In this document: piece by piece, positions 1 through 10,900 of the stretch
Numbering within the stretch: position 1 is the first letter of the stretch
Layout of the letters: each line of letters starts with the position of its first letter
NCBI RefSeq assembly: GCF_009834535.1
Contig: NC_045701.1
Coordinates: 20,584,001 to 20,648,000 of the forward strand
Length of the DNA: 64,000 bases
Direction: 5' to 3'
DNA from: Camelus ferus
Lineage: Eukaryota
Program-made: the position numbers and the translations under genes
The notes under the pieces: generated by a model
Seen by the model: the letters and a program-made list of their open reading frames with translations, nothing else
Database searches by the model: none
What the model was told of the DNA's origin: nothing

Positions 1-360
1 CCACAAAAAACCAAAAATCAAACCAAAACAAAACAACAAGAATATGAACCTTGTGTTTTGTTTATCAGTAAGTACTGGGCACTTACTATATCTAGAATAT
101 CTAGCACAGAGCAGGTACTCAATAAATGGTTGTCAAATTAACAAAACACACAGTAGACCTTATAACTTCAAGTATTTTCTACATTACTTATATAATCTGT
201 TCATTTAGAGAAGTCTTTTGTTAGCTACCAAACTGACCTCTTAGATGAGGAATTGTTAAGACCTAAAGTATACTGTATAGAAAATGTCATGTTCTCACTA
301 CAAAGAACAGGTTACTGAAACAACAGATGCAGTTTCCAGAATGTAATTCAGGATCCTTAC

Positions 361-3300
361 CAGCAGTCCTGGGCCCATCATAAGCACCTGCTTCTTCACC
401 ATCTCTAAATATCTTCAGGGTTGGATATCCATTGACTCCATACTTATTACAGGTGTTTGTGTTGGCAGTACAATCAACCTAAAGATTAAAATACAGGAAC
501 CATTTGTCATCCAAATGCCTGTTGCAGGTTCTTCCTATATTCCCAAAATATTAAGATTGGTCAAATTATAAAGGATTAAGCAATTCTTGGCAAACATCCC
601 ACAGAACGTTCGATTTTAAAAGCAGACTAGTGCTGTGCTAGCTACGTCAGAACCACCTTAGGTAGATTCCTGGACCTCATACAAAATGCACAAATGACTA
701 TTTCACTTCTGCCCTTGGAGTCTCTATTGTCTAAAGCAGTGGTCTCTACTTCTTCCCTCTCAGAATATGTGAGGGATAAATCACTTAAATTAGAAACAGT
801 GGCTTACTTTCATAATGATTACCATCAATGGGATATACGGATGGGTGTCCCTTCCTTTTAAGTGAGGTGGGGTATAATGTGATCTGGCAAGTCACCACAG
901 GGTTATTAGCAAAGAAAGATACTGATGCTTAAACATGCTCCCTGAGCTAGTTTGAATCTAGGCTAAACTATAACATGACAGAACTGGTGAGATCTATCAG
1001 GAAGAAGAAAAACAATTTCCATCTATTTAGCCACTTATTCCAAACTAGGCAATGCTACTGGCACTTGGCACATATTACCTCATTTAATCTCCACAAGATT
1101 CTGGGGTACGATCCCAATGCTTTAACATAAGCTGAAGTTCAGAACAGAAATGCGTCTATAGTGACAGACGCTATAGCCTCATAAATCATAACTGAACTTT
1201 TTTTTCTATGGCAAGCTGCCACAGAACATCAGGATTAAAAAGTTTCAACAACAGTCCTATATATGTATGAACAATTTGAGGCTGGCCGAGATGTGAGCTT
1301 GTGGAGCAACTATGGGTTTACTACACAATAATGGCAAAATTCTGGAAGTATTACTTTGATTGGAAAAGCAAGCACCAAGTTTACAGATGACCAGTTAGTT
1401 ACATACTTATCAACATCCTCATGTTATCTTCTTATTCCCGTAATTGTGAATAACATAATAGTAGCTTAGGAAACTCATTTACTCAGTAATTTTCCTCTAA
1501 CAACTAATTTTACTTTTCATATTTGCCCCTTAATTCTTATTTACCATATAGTTTGCTTCTTTCTCATACCAGTATTTCCCTTAGTTTTACTCCTTTTAAT
1601 CTTTTGAAACCATAATTAATATAATAGTCAGTGTATTTGCCCAGAAACTATGTTCTTTTCTTAACACCGTAAGAGTAAGGGAAATCAATTTTAGTTTTTA
1701 CCAACTACCATTTAAAATACCTGTTTCCTTTAATGAAGACTCTACCTATACTCACCTTTGCTAATGGGACTATTCCTTTTAATCTGGTAGCTGCAGCTTC
1801 ATATTCAGGGGCAAGTCTCTTGCAGTGTCCACACCTATATAGATTGAATAAAAAAAAAAAAGCCAAATTCTCAGTTTAATCCTACATGTTTGTTAACTTC
1901 GTTTCTCTAGGAAGGATCGGAAACTGTAATACTACTTTTGAATTAGTAGCTGCTTCCAAAAGCAAAAACATCACCTAAACAACATCCGTTAATGATAAGG
2001 TAAACCAGAGCTCTCAGAGGTAAAGGTACTATCTCCAGCCTGAGGTCAACTCTACAGGACTGGCTCTATCTAGAGCAGCATCTATTTTCTCAATTAAAAG
2101 TGCATCTGAGCCCTGAAAACTGTAGTCAGAAGTATATTCCACATTAAAGAGGGAAAGAGCTCAAGGCTTTTTGACCAATTAATGAGTAAAAATAAAGGGC
2201 AAGACAGCAATTATCCCATTCCTGGTAGCATTTCCTAAAGGAAGATGCATATTTTCTCTTGGGAAATTAGCATTATCACAGGTTCTTAAAAATATCATGA
2301 TTGAAACCTTATAAAGTCCCAAGTATGATTATAACTTTTTAAGAATCACTGTCACGCACATTTTCTCCTTCCCTTCAATATGACTCTCTTTGACCAGAAA
2401 CCCAGTTTGAGGGGGGAGTGGAATAAGGCCCAGAAGGTGCTCATTTGATATAAATAACTCTAGAAGCTCAACAGAGGCTTTTTTCTTCTCATCTGAATTT
2501 CAACACAGCATTAGGAAGACATAGTTAACCTTAAGATAGCAAGCTTGATTTTTAAGGCTACACAGTTCACCTGGCTATAAGAACTGATAAGAAGGCATTA
2601 TGTCAATTAGAATTTTCCCAGAGGGCCATCAGGAACACCTGTTCCTTTGCCCAGACAGCCCTAACAGTCCCATAGGCACAATGCATGTGCCACAGGGGGA
2701 GAAGCCTGTCAGTGTACAGCTAGCACCAGCTACAGATCATCTCTTCAAAAGCCAGTGGGTTGCAGAGGGATCACTTTGAGAAGGTGAGTAGTTCTGTGGC
2801 CTCCTCCATAGATAGCAAAGATAGAAAGAATTAGAAAACAGAAGGAAGGAAACACAGAAACTTGAGCTGATATATTTCATGGCCAAAAGTTGCAAAATTT
2901 ATTTTAGTAAGTAATGGATGGATAATAAGTAACTTGGAAACATTTTGCCCCTAAAACTTGTTTAAAATGAAGGACTATAAGAGTTTATCTTCTTCAAGGT
3001 CTTTAGAAGTCCTGTTTAAAAATAATCATTAGAAAGCTTAACTGAAAAAAAAAAAAAAAAAAGGAAAAGCTTAACTAAAGCAACAGTGATATAAAAAAAA
3101 GACTATGATATTAGATGATACTTAGGGTAACGTACATATTTACTAAAAGTATAAAAGAACTAAATGATAAAAACCAAACTCAGGATGCGGGAGTACATAA
3201 GATGGAGCAGGGGTACACAGGTGTACACAACTGTACTGGCTTTACTTTTTAGACTGGTTGGTGACTAAACAGTATTATACTGTATTTCACAGATGCATAT

Positions 3301-6300
3301 TTTAACATAGCTGAAATTGGGATGTGTCTTGCAATCATGTCATAATTTCAATGGTAAAATTTCTCTTTGTGAGACGTAAAATGAGTCCTCTCACAATTAG
3401 TGGCATCTTAGATGTATTTTTAATATGGCATTATTGATATATGGTATTATACCCTCTGTATTCCATAATAAATTAAAATTTCACATACTTGGATTATAAC
3501 AAAAATACACAAATTCCAAATGATTTAATAAAATAACCAATTTAGCTGAGGAATTCAGGCTTTTGGGAACATAATAAGGGTTCAGAGGTTAAAAAGAATG
3601 TGTGTTACAGAGAGTAAGAATTGGAACTGGGCCCTAAAAGATTTACGGCTTTAGACAGGACACAGTAAGGTGTTTTAGATAAGGGTATAGTAGAGCAAAG
3701 GTAAAGTTACTGTTGAGAATGATGCATTTAGAGAACTATGAAGGGTCTTTTTTCTGGTTAAGAGATAACTGCGTTATGGGTATTAAGAGATTTCTGTTGA
3801 ACGGGTATGTAGCAATTGTCAAGAAAGCCAAGGCAACAGATACAAGAAGTTTCACCTTAACTACCTTAAAACACCTGAAGAGAAAAAAAAATAGTATAAA
3901 ATAATTAGGCTAAACCAGTAGGTCTCTACACAGATGCATATAAAAAATATTAAGCATTAAAAAAAAAAAAATTGCATGCCTAGGCCCCACCCTGGGACTT
4001 ACTGAATGATTTCTTCAGGAATCCAGGAGATAACCAGAGGTATGGGGGGAGTGTGTGTAAATGGCAAGGCTGGGACTGAAAACCCCTGCCTTAAGCACTG
4101 CTAATATCAGTAACAACATCTAATGTCCAAAGGGAGGACCTGTTTAACGAGTTCCAATGAGGCTGGAGGAGACTGCCCTCTTTAAATTCACAAGGAACAG
4201 AATTTAGATGGATTTTGAAGGTGATCATCAGGATTAACCACTACTTCTTTCACCCACTCCTAGATAGTATTAAAACACAAACAATCCTATTCATCTTCAG
4301 GGATGGCACCTAGCAGTTAATAATGAATCTCAACATACATTCACCCAACAATTACTACTACATGCCTGCTATGTGCCACATGCTACTTTAACCTCTGATA
4401 GAAGAAAAATTGATACAGTCCTTTCCCTGTAGGAACACCAGTCTGGCAGGGGTGATAGACAGTATTCTTAGGTCCCTGAAGAGAGGAGGGAGGAATCAGG
4501 CGGTTGTCTAGGGAAGGAAGAAGTAACTTTTGAGGTAAATCAAATCTTGCTGTAAAGATTGCGGGGGTGGAGGAAGATGGGAATTCCAAGTAAAGGAATC
4601 AGTATGTATAAGAAATATTAAATACTGTATTTTATACTATCCACATGGTCTTTTTCTATACTCTATAAACACTGTATATCAAATATTATTTACTACTACT
4701 GTCCTAGAAGGTAGGGCACAAATCTACAACATAAGTAGATGCTGAAGACTTTAAAACTTAACACTGATCAATAAATTTTCAGAAATTATCACAAATATTT
4801 AAATACTTCTGTTCCCCAGAGAAATTCAGATAGTCTCACTCTTACGAACTACATAGATTTCCACAATGGAAATAATTAGGCTACAGAGTCAGTTGCAAAG
4901 AAATCTTTCACTTTCACTTGTAAAATGAAAGAGGAAAAAATACCCTAAAACAAATGAGAAAATAACTTGCTCGAAATAGGCTGTTAAACTCTTACTGTTC
5001 CTAACTTGTAAGCTAGTACTCCTGATCTGTACAAAAGAATACAGCAGTCACATTTCCAGCTGAAATATTAAAAAATAAAAAGTTGAATGTGAAGAAATAA
5101 GGATATTATCAACAGGAGACTTCTTTGATTTCAAATTACTCATTCAGAAAACTGATCCTTCTTGCAAGCACTGTGGCAACTGACCTTACCTTTCATGCCA
5201 TTTAAAAGGAGACACCACAGCAGAGATCCACCCAGTTTTGGGGATAGTTTAGTGCATGATGGGATATGTAGTTTTTAGGGAAGCACATGAAAAATTTAAA
5301 ATAGAACACCTACAACTGGGAAAAAAAAAATCTGTTTTAAACTAGTCTAATAGCTCACAATTCTACTGCAATTCACTTCACGTTGAACCCTGTAGTCACA
5401 GAGGCACCACAGTTTTGATACAACTCCATACAGCCATTCTACTTACAGTAACTCAAAGTTAACAGCATGGTTATATAGTTGGGTAGAGTTGTTTCTAAGA
5501 GAATGTGAGTTTTAGAAATGCATAAGGACCACCTATGATTTGCAATTATGTGACTGTCGGTCAGCCACACAAATGCCCTGGACGCAAAATGTCACCAAAT
5601 TAAAACAAAATTTGCTGCCTCTAAGCACACCCTTCTGGTTCAGGTGATCTTCATTATAGGACTTCTCATGTAACCCTCAAGTCAGCTGAGTCTCTGCAGA
5701 GTGAAGACCAGAGTGAGAAGTTCACTATAAAAGTGAAAGTTATACACTAACTTTCTTTTACTGATACTTTTGAACATAATTTTCAATTAAGGGTCACTGT
5801 GGCAGAAGAAAAATTAAGTACTCTAATTAGCATGGTCATACTGAGCTGTCCCGAGTTAAGACAGTCATTGTTTGCTGCGGTAAGGATTTGGAGGTGAAAA
5901 AAAAAAACAAAAACAAAAAAAACCCCAGGTTTACTGGGCCAGATATCCTATTTGCTCTCTCCCCGCCCCCACCCCCAGCTTTTTATTTCCAGTTAGTCCT
6001 ATCCTAAGGAATTTATACCCTTGTTCAGTTAAGTCACCCTTCAGTGGAGTATTATTCCAACACTTATACTTTCTCATTGATGTCTTCTTTGGCATTTTCA
6101 GGAATCCTAATTAAAACTGACAATTTAGACAGATTCTGACGGAATTACTTTGTTCATCTACTCTTTTTAACAGGAATTCTCCTAGAGCTGAGAAGTTACC
6201 AGCTTAACGGAAAATGTGTGCACCATGCGATGGATAAAATAATGGCCTGCCTCAAGAAAGCACTTATGACCATTCTGCAGCCACTGAGTGACCTTGGCTA

Positions 6301-6929
6301 GAAACCAATGGCTGCGTGGGGCAAGAAGGAAGTACCCCGGGAGCCGAGGGCCTCTGCACTTGGTGAAATGCTGGCTTTCAATATAAGGCCTTGGGATGCC
6401 TCGTGTATAGAATGAAACACAGTAACACTGACTCACTCAGAAACTGCAAAGATACCAATCAAAGCGGGGGAGGGGAGGGTTAAACCCTCTGCAAATAGGA
6501 AGTGCCGCAAGAGTACCAAGGTAAGGATGTGGCCCTGTGTGAGAGGCGCCTCCGTGTTCTCCTTCAGGGGTCTCGCTCCCAGGCGATCAGCACCGACTTC
6601 TCCGTTCTCTGCTCGGTTCCCCGGGGGTGGAAATCTGCCGGCCGCAGCCGGGCCCGCGGGAATGATGGAGGGAGCCGGCGCTACGCAGGCCCAACCGTTC
6701 CCGCGCCTTCGCCCCTGGCCCAGCCCGGCCCTCCCTCTCCCGCCCCGGCTGAGTGGCCTCACCAGGGGGCGAAGAACTCGACGAGCATGAGGCCCGCAGA
6801 GCCCGTGTCGGAGACGCGACTCTCGAAGTTGTCGTCCGTGAGTTCCAGCACATCGGAGGCAGCGGCAAGACGGGCCGCGGCCAGAAGCAGCGCCACGCCC
6901 GGAAACAGCGCTAGGCGGCGGAGGCGCAT
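361..6929 (-). CDS. PDIA3: Protein disulfide-isomerase A3 (ERp57), 5' part: coding exons 6763-6929, 1756-1834, 361-478; gene continues beyond position 1
   Basis: Spliced translation [35 protein letters not shown]...EFFAPW|[26 protein letters not shown]|[39 protein letters not shown]. Shows a signal peptide and a thioredoxin WCGHC motif split by intron 1. GT-AG introns; exons of 167/79/118 nt join in phase. Confidence 0.98.
3280..3428. mobile_element. Small non-autonomous Tc1/mariner (MER104-like) relic
   Basis: CTGTATTTCA...AGATGCATATTTTAACATAGCTGAAATTGGGATGTGTCTTGCAATC...CTTAGAT resembles the MER104 consensus as remembered, with degraded TIRs. Confidence 0.55.
3915..4095. mobile_element. 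MER5-like hAT-Charlie relic
   Basis: CAGTAGGTCTCTA...TGCATGCCTAGGCCCCACCC...ACTGAAT...CTGAAAACCCCTG pattern. Confidence 0.45.
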
Positions 6930-7480
6930 GGCGACGAGGTGAAGTGGGGGCGTCCAGGAGGGTCGGGGCTCGGCAGGGACTGCGGAGGCCGGGCCGGCAA
7001 CCACGCACCCTCTGCCTGCGCTCGCGCGTCTGGCCCAGGCGGACCTGCAGCCGGAGGTCCCAACCCCCCAGACCGGCTCGCGCCGCAGTGTGGCAGCCGC
7101 CGATTGGCTGCGCGGCGCCTGCGTTGGGCGGGCGGGACCAGCGGGTAACCGCCTAGTGGCTGGAGCGCCGGGCGGAGCCCCGGCGGGGACCTCCGGGGCG
7201 ACCTGGGCTGAGCTGAGTCGGGGCCCGGGACCCGGGCTGGTGTTGTGGGTGCGGCCGGGGAGAGCCGGAACCCAGGGAGCGGGCGGGACCGGGCGGAGCT
7301 GGACGTGCGGCGTTGCGCGGCTGGGAGCCGACCCTGAGCTCGTCCCGCGTGGGAAGAGCCGAGCTCAGGGGGCTCCAGAGCCAGAGGCGGAGGAGTGAAG
7401 TGAGGGCTGAGTGGGCGGAAGAGAGCCTGGGCGGAGGTGAGGCCCGGAAGCGGGAATTGAGAGAAAGAGCTGGTACCCGA
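6480..7480. promoter_or_regulatory. CpG island / bidirectional promoter shared by PDIA3 (-) and CATSPER2 (+)
   Basis: Very GC- and CpG-rich. PDIA3 ATG at 6929 and CATSPER2 ATG at 7904 point away from each other. Contains GC boxes, ETS-type CCGGAAGC (7444-7451) and CCAAT (7103-7107, - strand). Boundaries approximate. Confidence 0.9.
7089..7107 (-). promoter_or_regulatory. ER stress response element-like motif CCAAT-N9-CCACA
   Basis: The minus strand reads CCAAT CGGCGGCTG CCACA, one mismatch from the ERSE consensus CCAAT-N9-CCACG, about 160 nt upstream of the PDIA3 ATG. Confidence 0.7.
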
Positions 7481-7903
7481 GGGAGGGCGTTGGAGTGGGC
7501 ACACTGGGACAGGACATATTTTCAAAATGTCTGGCTGTTGCATTTTGTCCAATTCCTCCTCACTTGGTTCTTCTTTCGGATGCGGTTCTAAACCCTCACA
7601 TTCTCCCATCTCAGGTTTTGCCTCAGATCCAGGTGATGTCCGAATCCCTCTTTGTTCAACCCCGGGACTCTTGCCCTCGCAACTGCTGCTTTTAACTGTC
7701 ACACAAGTGAAGGTGCCTGGCCACTGAGTCAAGGGCGCAGATTCTCTGTTATGACTCCTGTCTCCTTTTGTTTTAAAAAAGCCTTGAGTCTGTGTTTATT
7801 TGTCTTCTTAAGGGCAAAAAGGTTCGGAGGAGGGGAAGAGAACCTCTAATCCCTGGTGTAACTCCAAAAATGAAATGACACTTGATTCATTTTCTCAACA
7901 GAC

Positions 7904-10900
7904 ATGGCCACTTATCGCCCAGCAGGACACATGCAACTGCCGCGAGCCGATGCCATTCGTTCCCGTCTCATTGATACTTTCTCTCTCATCGAGCATCTGC
8001 AAGGCTTGAGCCAAGCTGTGCCACGGCACACTATCCGAGAGATACTTGGTCAGCAGCCTGCTTCCTCACTAGGATGAATTTAAGACTCTCATGCAGACCT
8101 TTAAAAGAGTAGGAAGCAGAGAGACAATTTATGGGTGGAAAATTCAGAGGAGATTGTTTTGGTGACTAGTTTGGAAGCAACATCAAACTTGATAAATCAA
8201 ATAAATAAAACTGAATCCAGGAGATAGAACCCATGTCCATCACTTTTAGGCTTAGGATAACTGCTAGCCCTGGCTGACTTGAAATTTTCTACCGAAGACA
8301 CTTCAGTTGAGGGTTGAACCTACTGCCTTTATTCCTGGGCATGAACGCTGTTGGTCATAAGCAATAGTTAGCTCTTACTCCAAATTAGTGTTACTTGCTG
8401 TACGAAGGAGACGCAAGGCAACCCCTGCTGTAGGGGGACCTTTATGTAACCAGTATTCCTGCCCCCAGTCCTACCTGCTCTTCATATCCCCCAAAGACTT
8501 CTCTTTATATTTATCCACTGTCCTTTTTTTATTTTTGGCATAGATCCTACCCATCAGAAGAATCTTATGCTAGGAGACCAACACCAGCTTGTGCGCTTCT
8601 CCATAAAGCCTCGTCGTGTAGAACAGATTACGGACTCCCAGAGGCTGATGAGCACCCTTCGAGTGCGCTGCAGCCAGAGGCCACCTCTTTCCTTGTGGGC
8701 TGGATGGGTCCTTAAGTGTATCCTTTCATGTCATTCATTTTTATCCCATGGCTTTAGTGTCTCTCTTGCCTCATCATCTCCCTAATGGCTTATTTTTCCT
8801 TTCCAAACTCCGTTTTCTTCTTGTTCTCACTGGTTCTGTTCTTGCCCTAATTATGTTGCCTGCATAAATCAGAAAGAACTCCACTCCGTATGTTTTCTTA
8901 AGAGAAAACAGGTCCTTTCTTCACAAACTTCATCATCTTCCTCATCTTTTTGAATACGATTGTACTGATGGTTGAAATAGGTGAGAACTGACATTGAATG
9001 AAAGGGTGGGAGTCATTTGGCCTTTAAATTGATTGTTCTACATTTTTTGAATGTTATTTGAATTGTAATAGGGACAATTACATTAAGTCTCTTGGAGTAG
9101 GATTTGCACAAGTGTTAATGCCTAGAAGCATTATAATAGATACAGCGTAGTAGATATAAGGTAGTCTAGATACTTAGAGGCAGGGTGTAATAGACTCACG
9201 AGGAATTGGAGATGGGAAGACCAGTTGTATTTCTTATGTCAGTTTAGTCTAATATTTGTTTGAATTAATCTTTTCTGTTAGAGATATTTGGTGCCTGTCA
9301 GCAAGTGATCCAACATTTACATTTTTACAAGTATGTTTAGAAAGATTATCTAAGTACAAATAAGAAAGCTCACAACATATGTAAAATTAGGTACAACTAA
9401 GATATTAGATGAGCCAAAAAATGACCTAAAGAGTAAATGATTCTAAAACCAGTAATAAATTATATGAAATATATTTTTTTAAAAAAAGAATGGAGAATCA
9501 TTGAGCTCATTTGATTATCATCTCAAACAAACTGCTCAGAAAGGACAGTAGTAATCACTTCCTTGTTTCATCCTCACCATTTTGGGGAACTCTCCCACTT
9601 TTAAAATAGTCTTTTAATGCAATCAGGTCAAAGATATTTAAATACACAACAATAATTGTTGTCATCGACCCACTGCAGTATATTATATACTTTGAACTAT
9701 TTTACTTCCTTCCCATAGTGGTGAAGATTTTGAACTGTCACCCACATTTCCTGTTTCTTGCATGATAACTGGCAAGTATTTGCCTTGCGGGGTTAAGAAT
9801 ATAGACGTAAGCCTTGGAATAAAGTAAATAGCAGTAAATGTACAGGATTTCCTGGATCTAGTGGACAAATCAGAATAGCACTAACAATTCTATTTGGTAA
9901 AATAGCTGAATATGCAACATGATCACTGCCAGAGGACAGGTGGGTTCCCTGAGTGAGAATCACCTGGCAAGCTCATGAAAGTTGTATCTTATTAAGTACA
10001 GTCTCTTGGTAGAAAGGCAGGAGAGATGTTGCAAAGGGAAATAATTTGTGACTAACAGATTTCTTTGAACAGAGTAGTTCATGTAATAAATGTTAAGACT
10101 TTGTTTAGGCATTTAAAAAGCAATTTTCCAGATCAGAAAGAATACTATTATAGATGTGGAAAAAAATAGTAATTAATAAACAGTTCTCTAGATCAAAGCC
10201 TCCCAATCATTTTTGTCTTGTGATTTTGTTTCCCAGAAAAACATATATAACCTTGAAAACCTCCTTAGGAATTTTAATCGTTTTTTTATTTTCATGTGAT
10301 ATGGAGGAGAAAATTGAAGGAAAAATAATATTGTAGACCAACATCACTACATGTTGTATTTTAGTGTTTATTTAATAATCTTAAAATGTCAGCAAAGTTT
10401 TACTTTTGCCATTTTATAAATGATCGTTCTGTTTTTAAAGACTATGATTTAGCTACAAATGAATTTTTAAGTGATGTACTATGTTTGTTTTGGGATCAAG
10501 TATAATTTACATGTTATATTTAAAAATGTTTTTGTTTCTTTTAAAAAATTTAGATACATAGTTTTAGTTTTACAACATTATGTATTATATGTTAAATACT
10601 TGTTATATATAATATGTTAAAATGTAGGTAGATATTTGATTATGTGTTAGGGCATTAAAAAATAGAAAAAAAATCTACTTTCACAATGATATTGGTAATT
10701 CTGCTTTGAACTTTAAACAATTGGCTTATTTTTATAATGTTCATATTTTGCTTCTAAATGGTGAGAGCAAGAGAAGAAAAGATTTGGCTGGCATTTCTCT
10801 GAAAATAACACATTGTGAATGTGAATAGTCTTTTTTTCCAACAAAAAACTAATTTTAATATTATTATGATTTTAACATTGATTTTTGAGGATCTAGAGAT

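Noticed and set aside
2770-2792. Plus-strand consensus donor GAGAAG|GTGAGT inside PDIA3 intron 1
   Set aside because: No convincing matching acceptor or promoter, and single donors occur by chance.
6930-7004. In-frame GTG 25 codons upstream of the PDIA3 ATG
   Set aside because: Poor context (-3 T), may lie upstream of the TSS, and would disturb the signal peptide. No supporting evidence.
6433-7732. Several long overlapping ORFs (191, 146, 273 aa etc.) in the PDIA3/CATSPER2 island
   Set aside because: Pro/Arg/Gly/Ala-rich products are expected from stop-poor GC-rich DNA, and there are no recognisable domains. Only 6763-6929 is PDIA3 coding.
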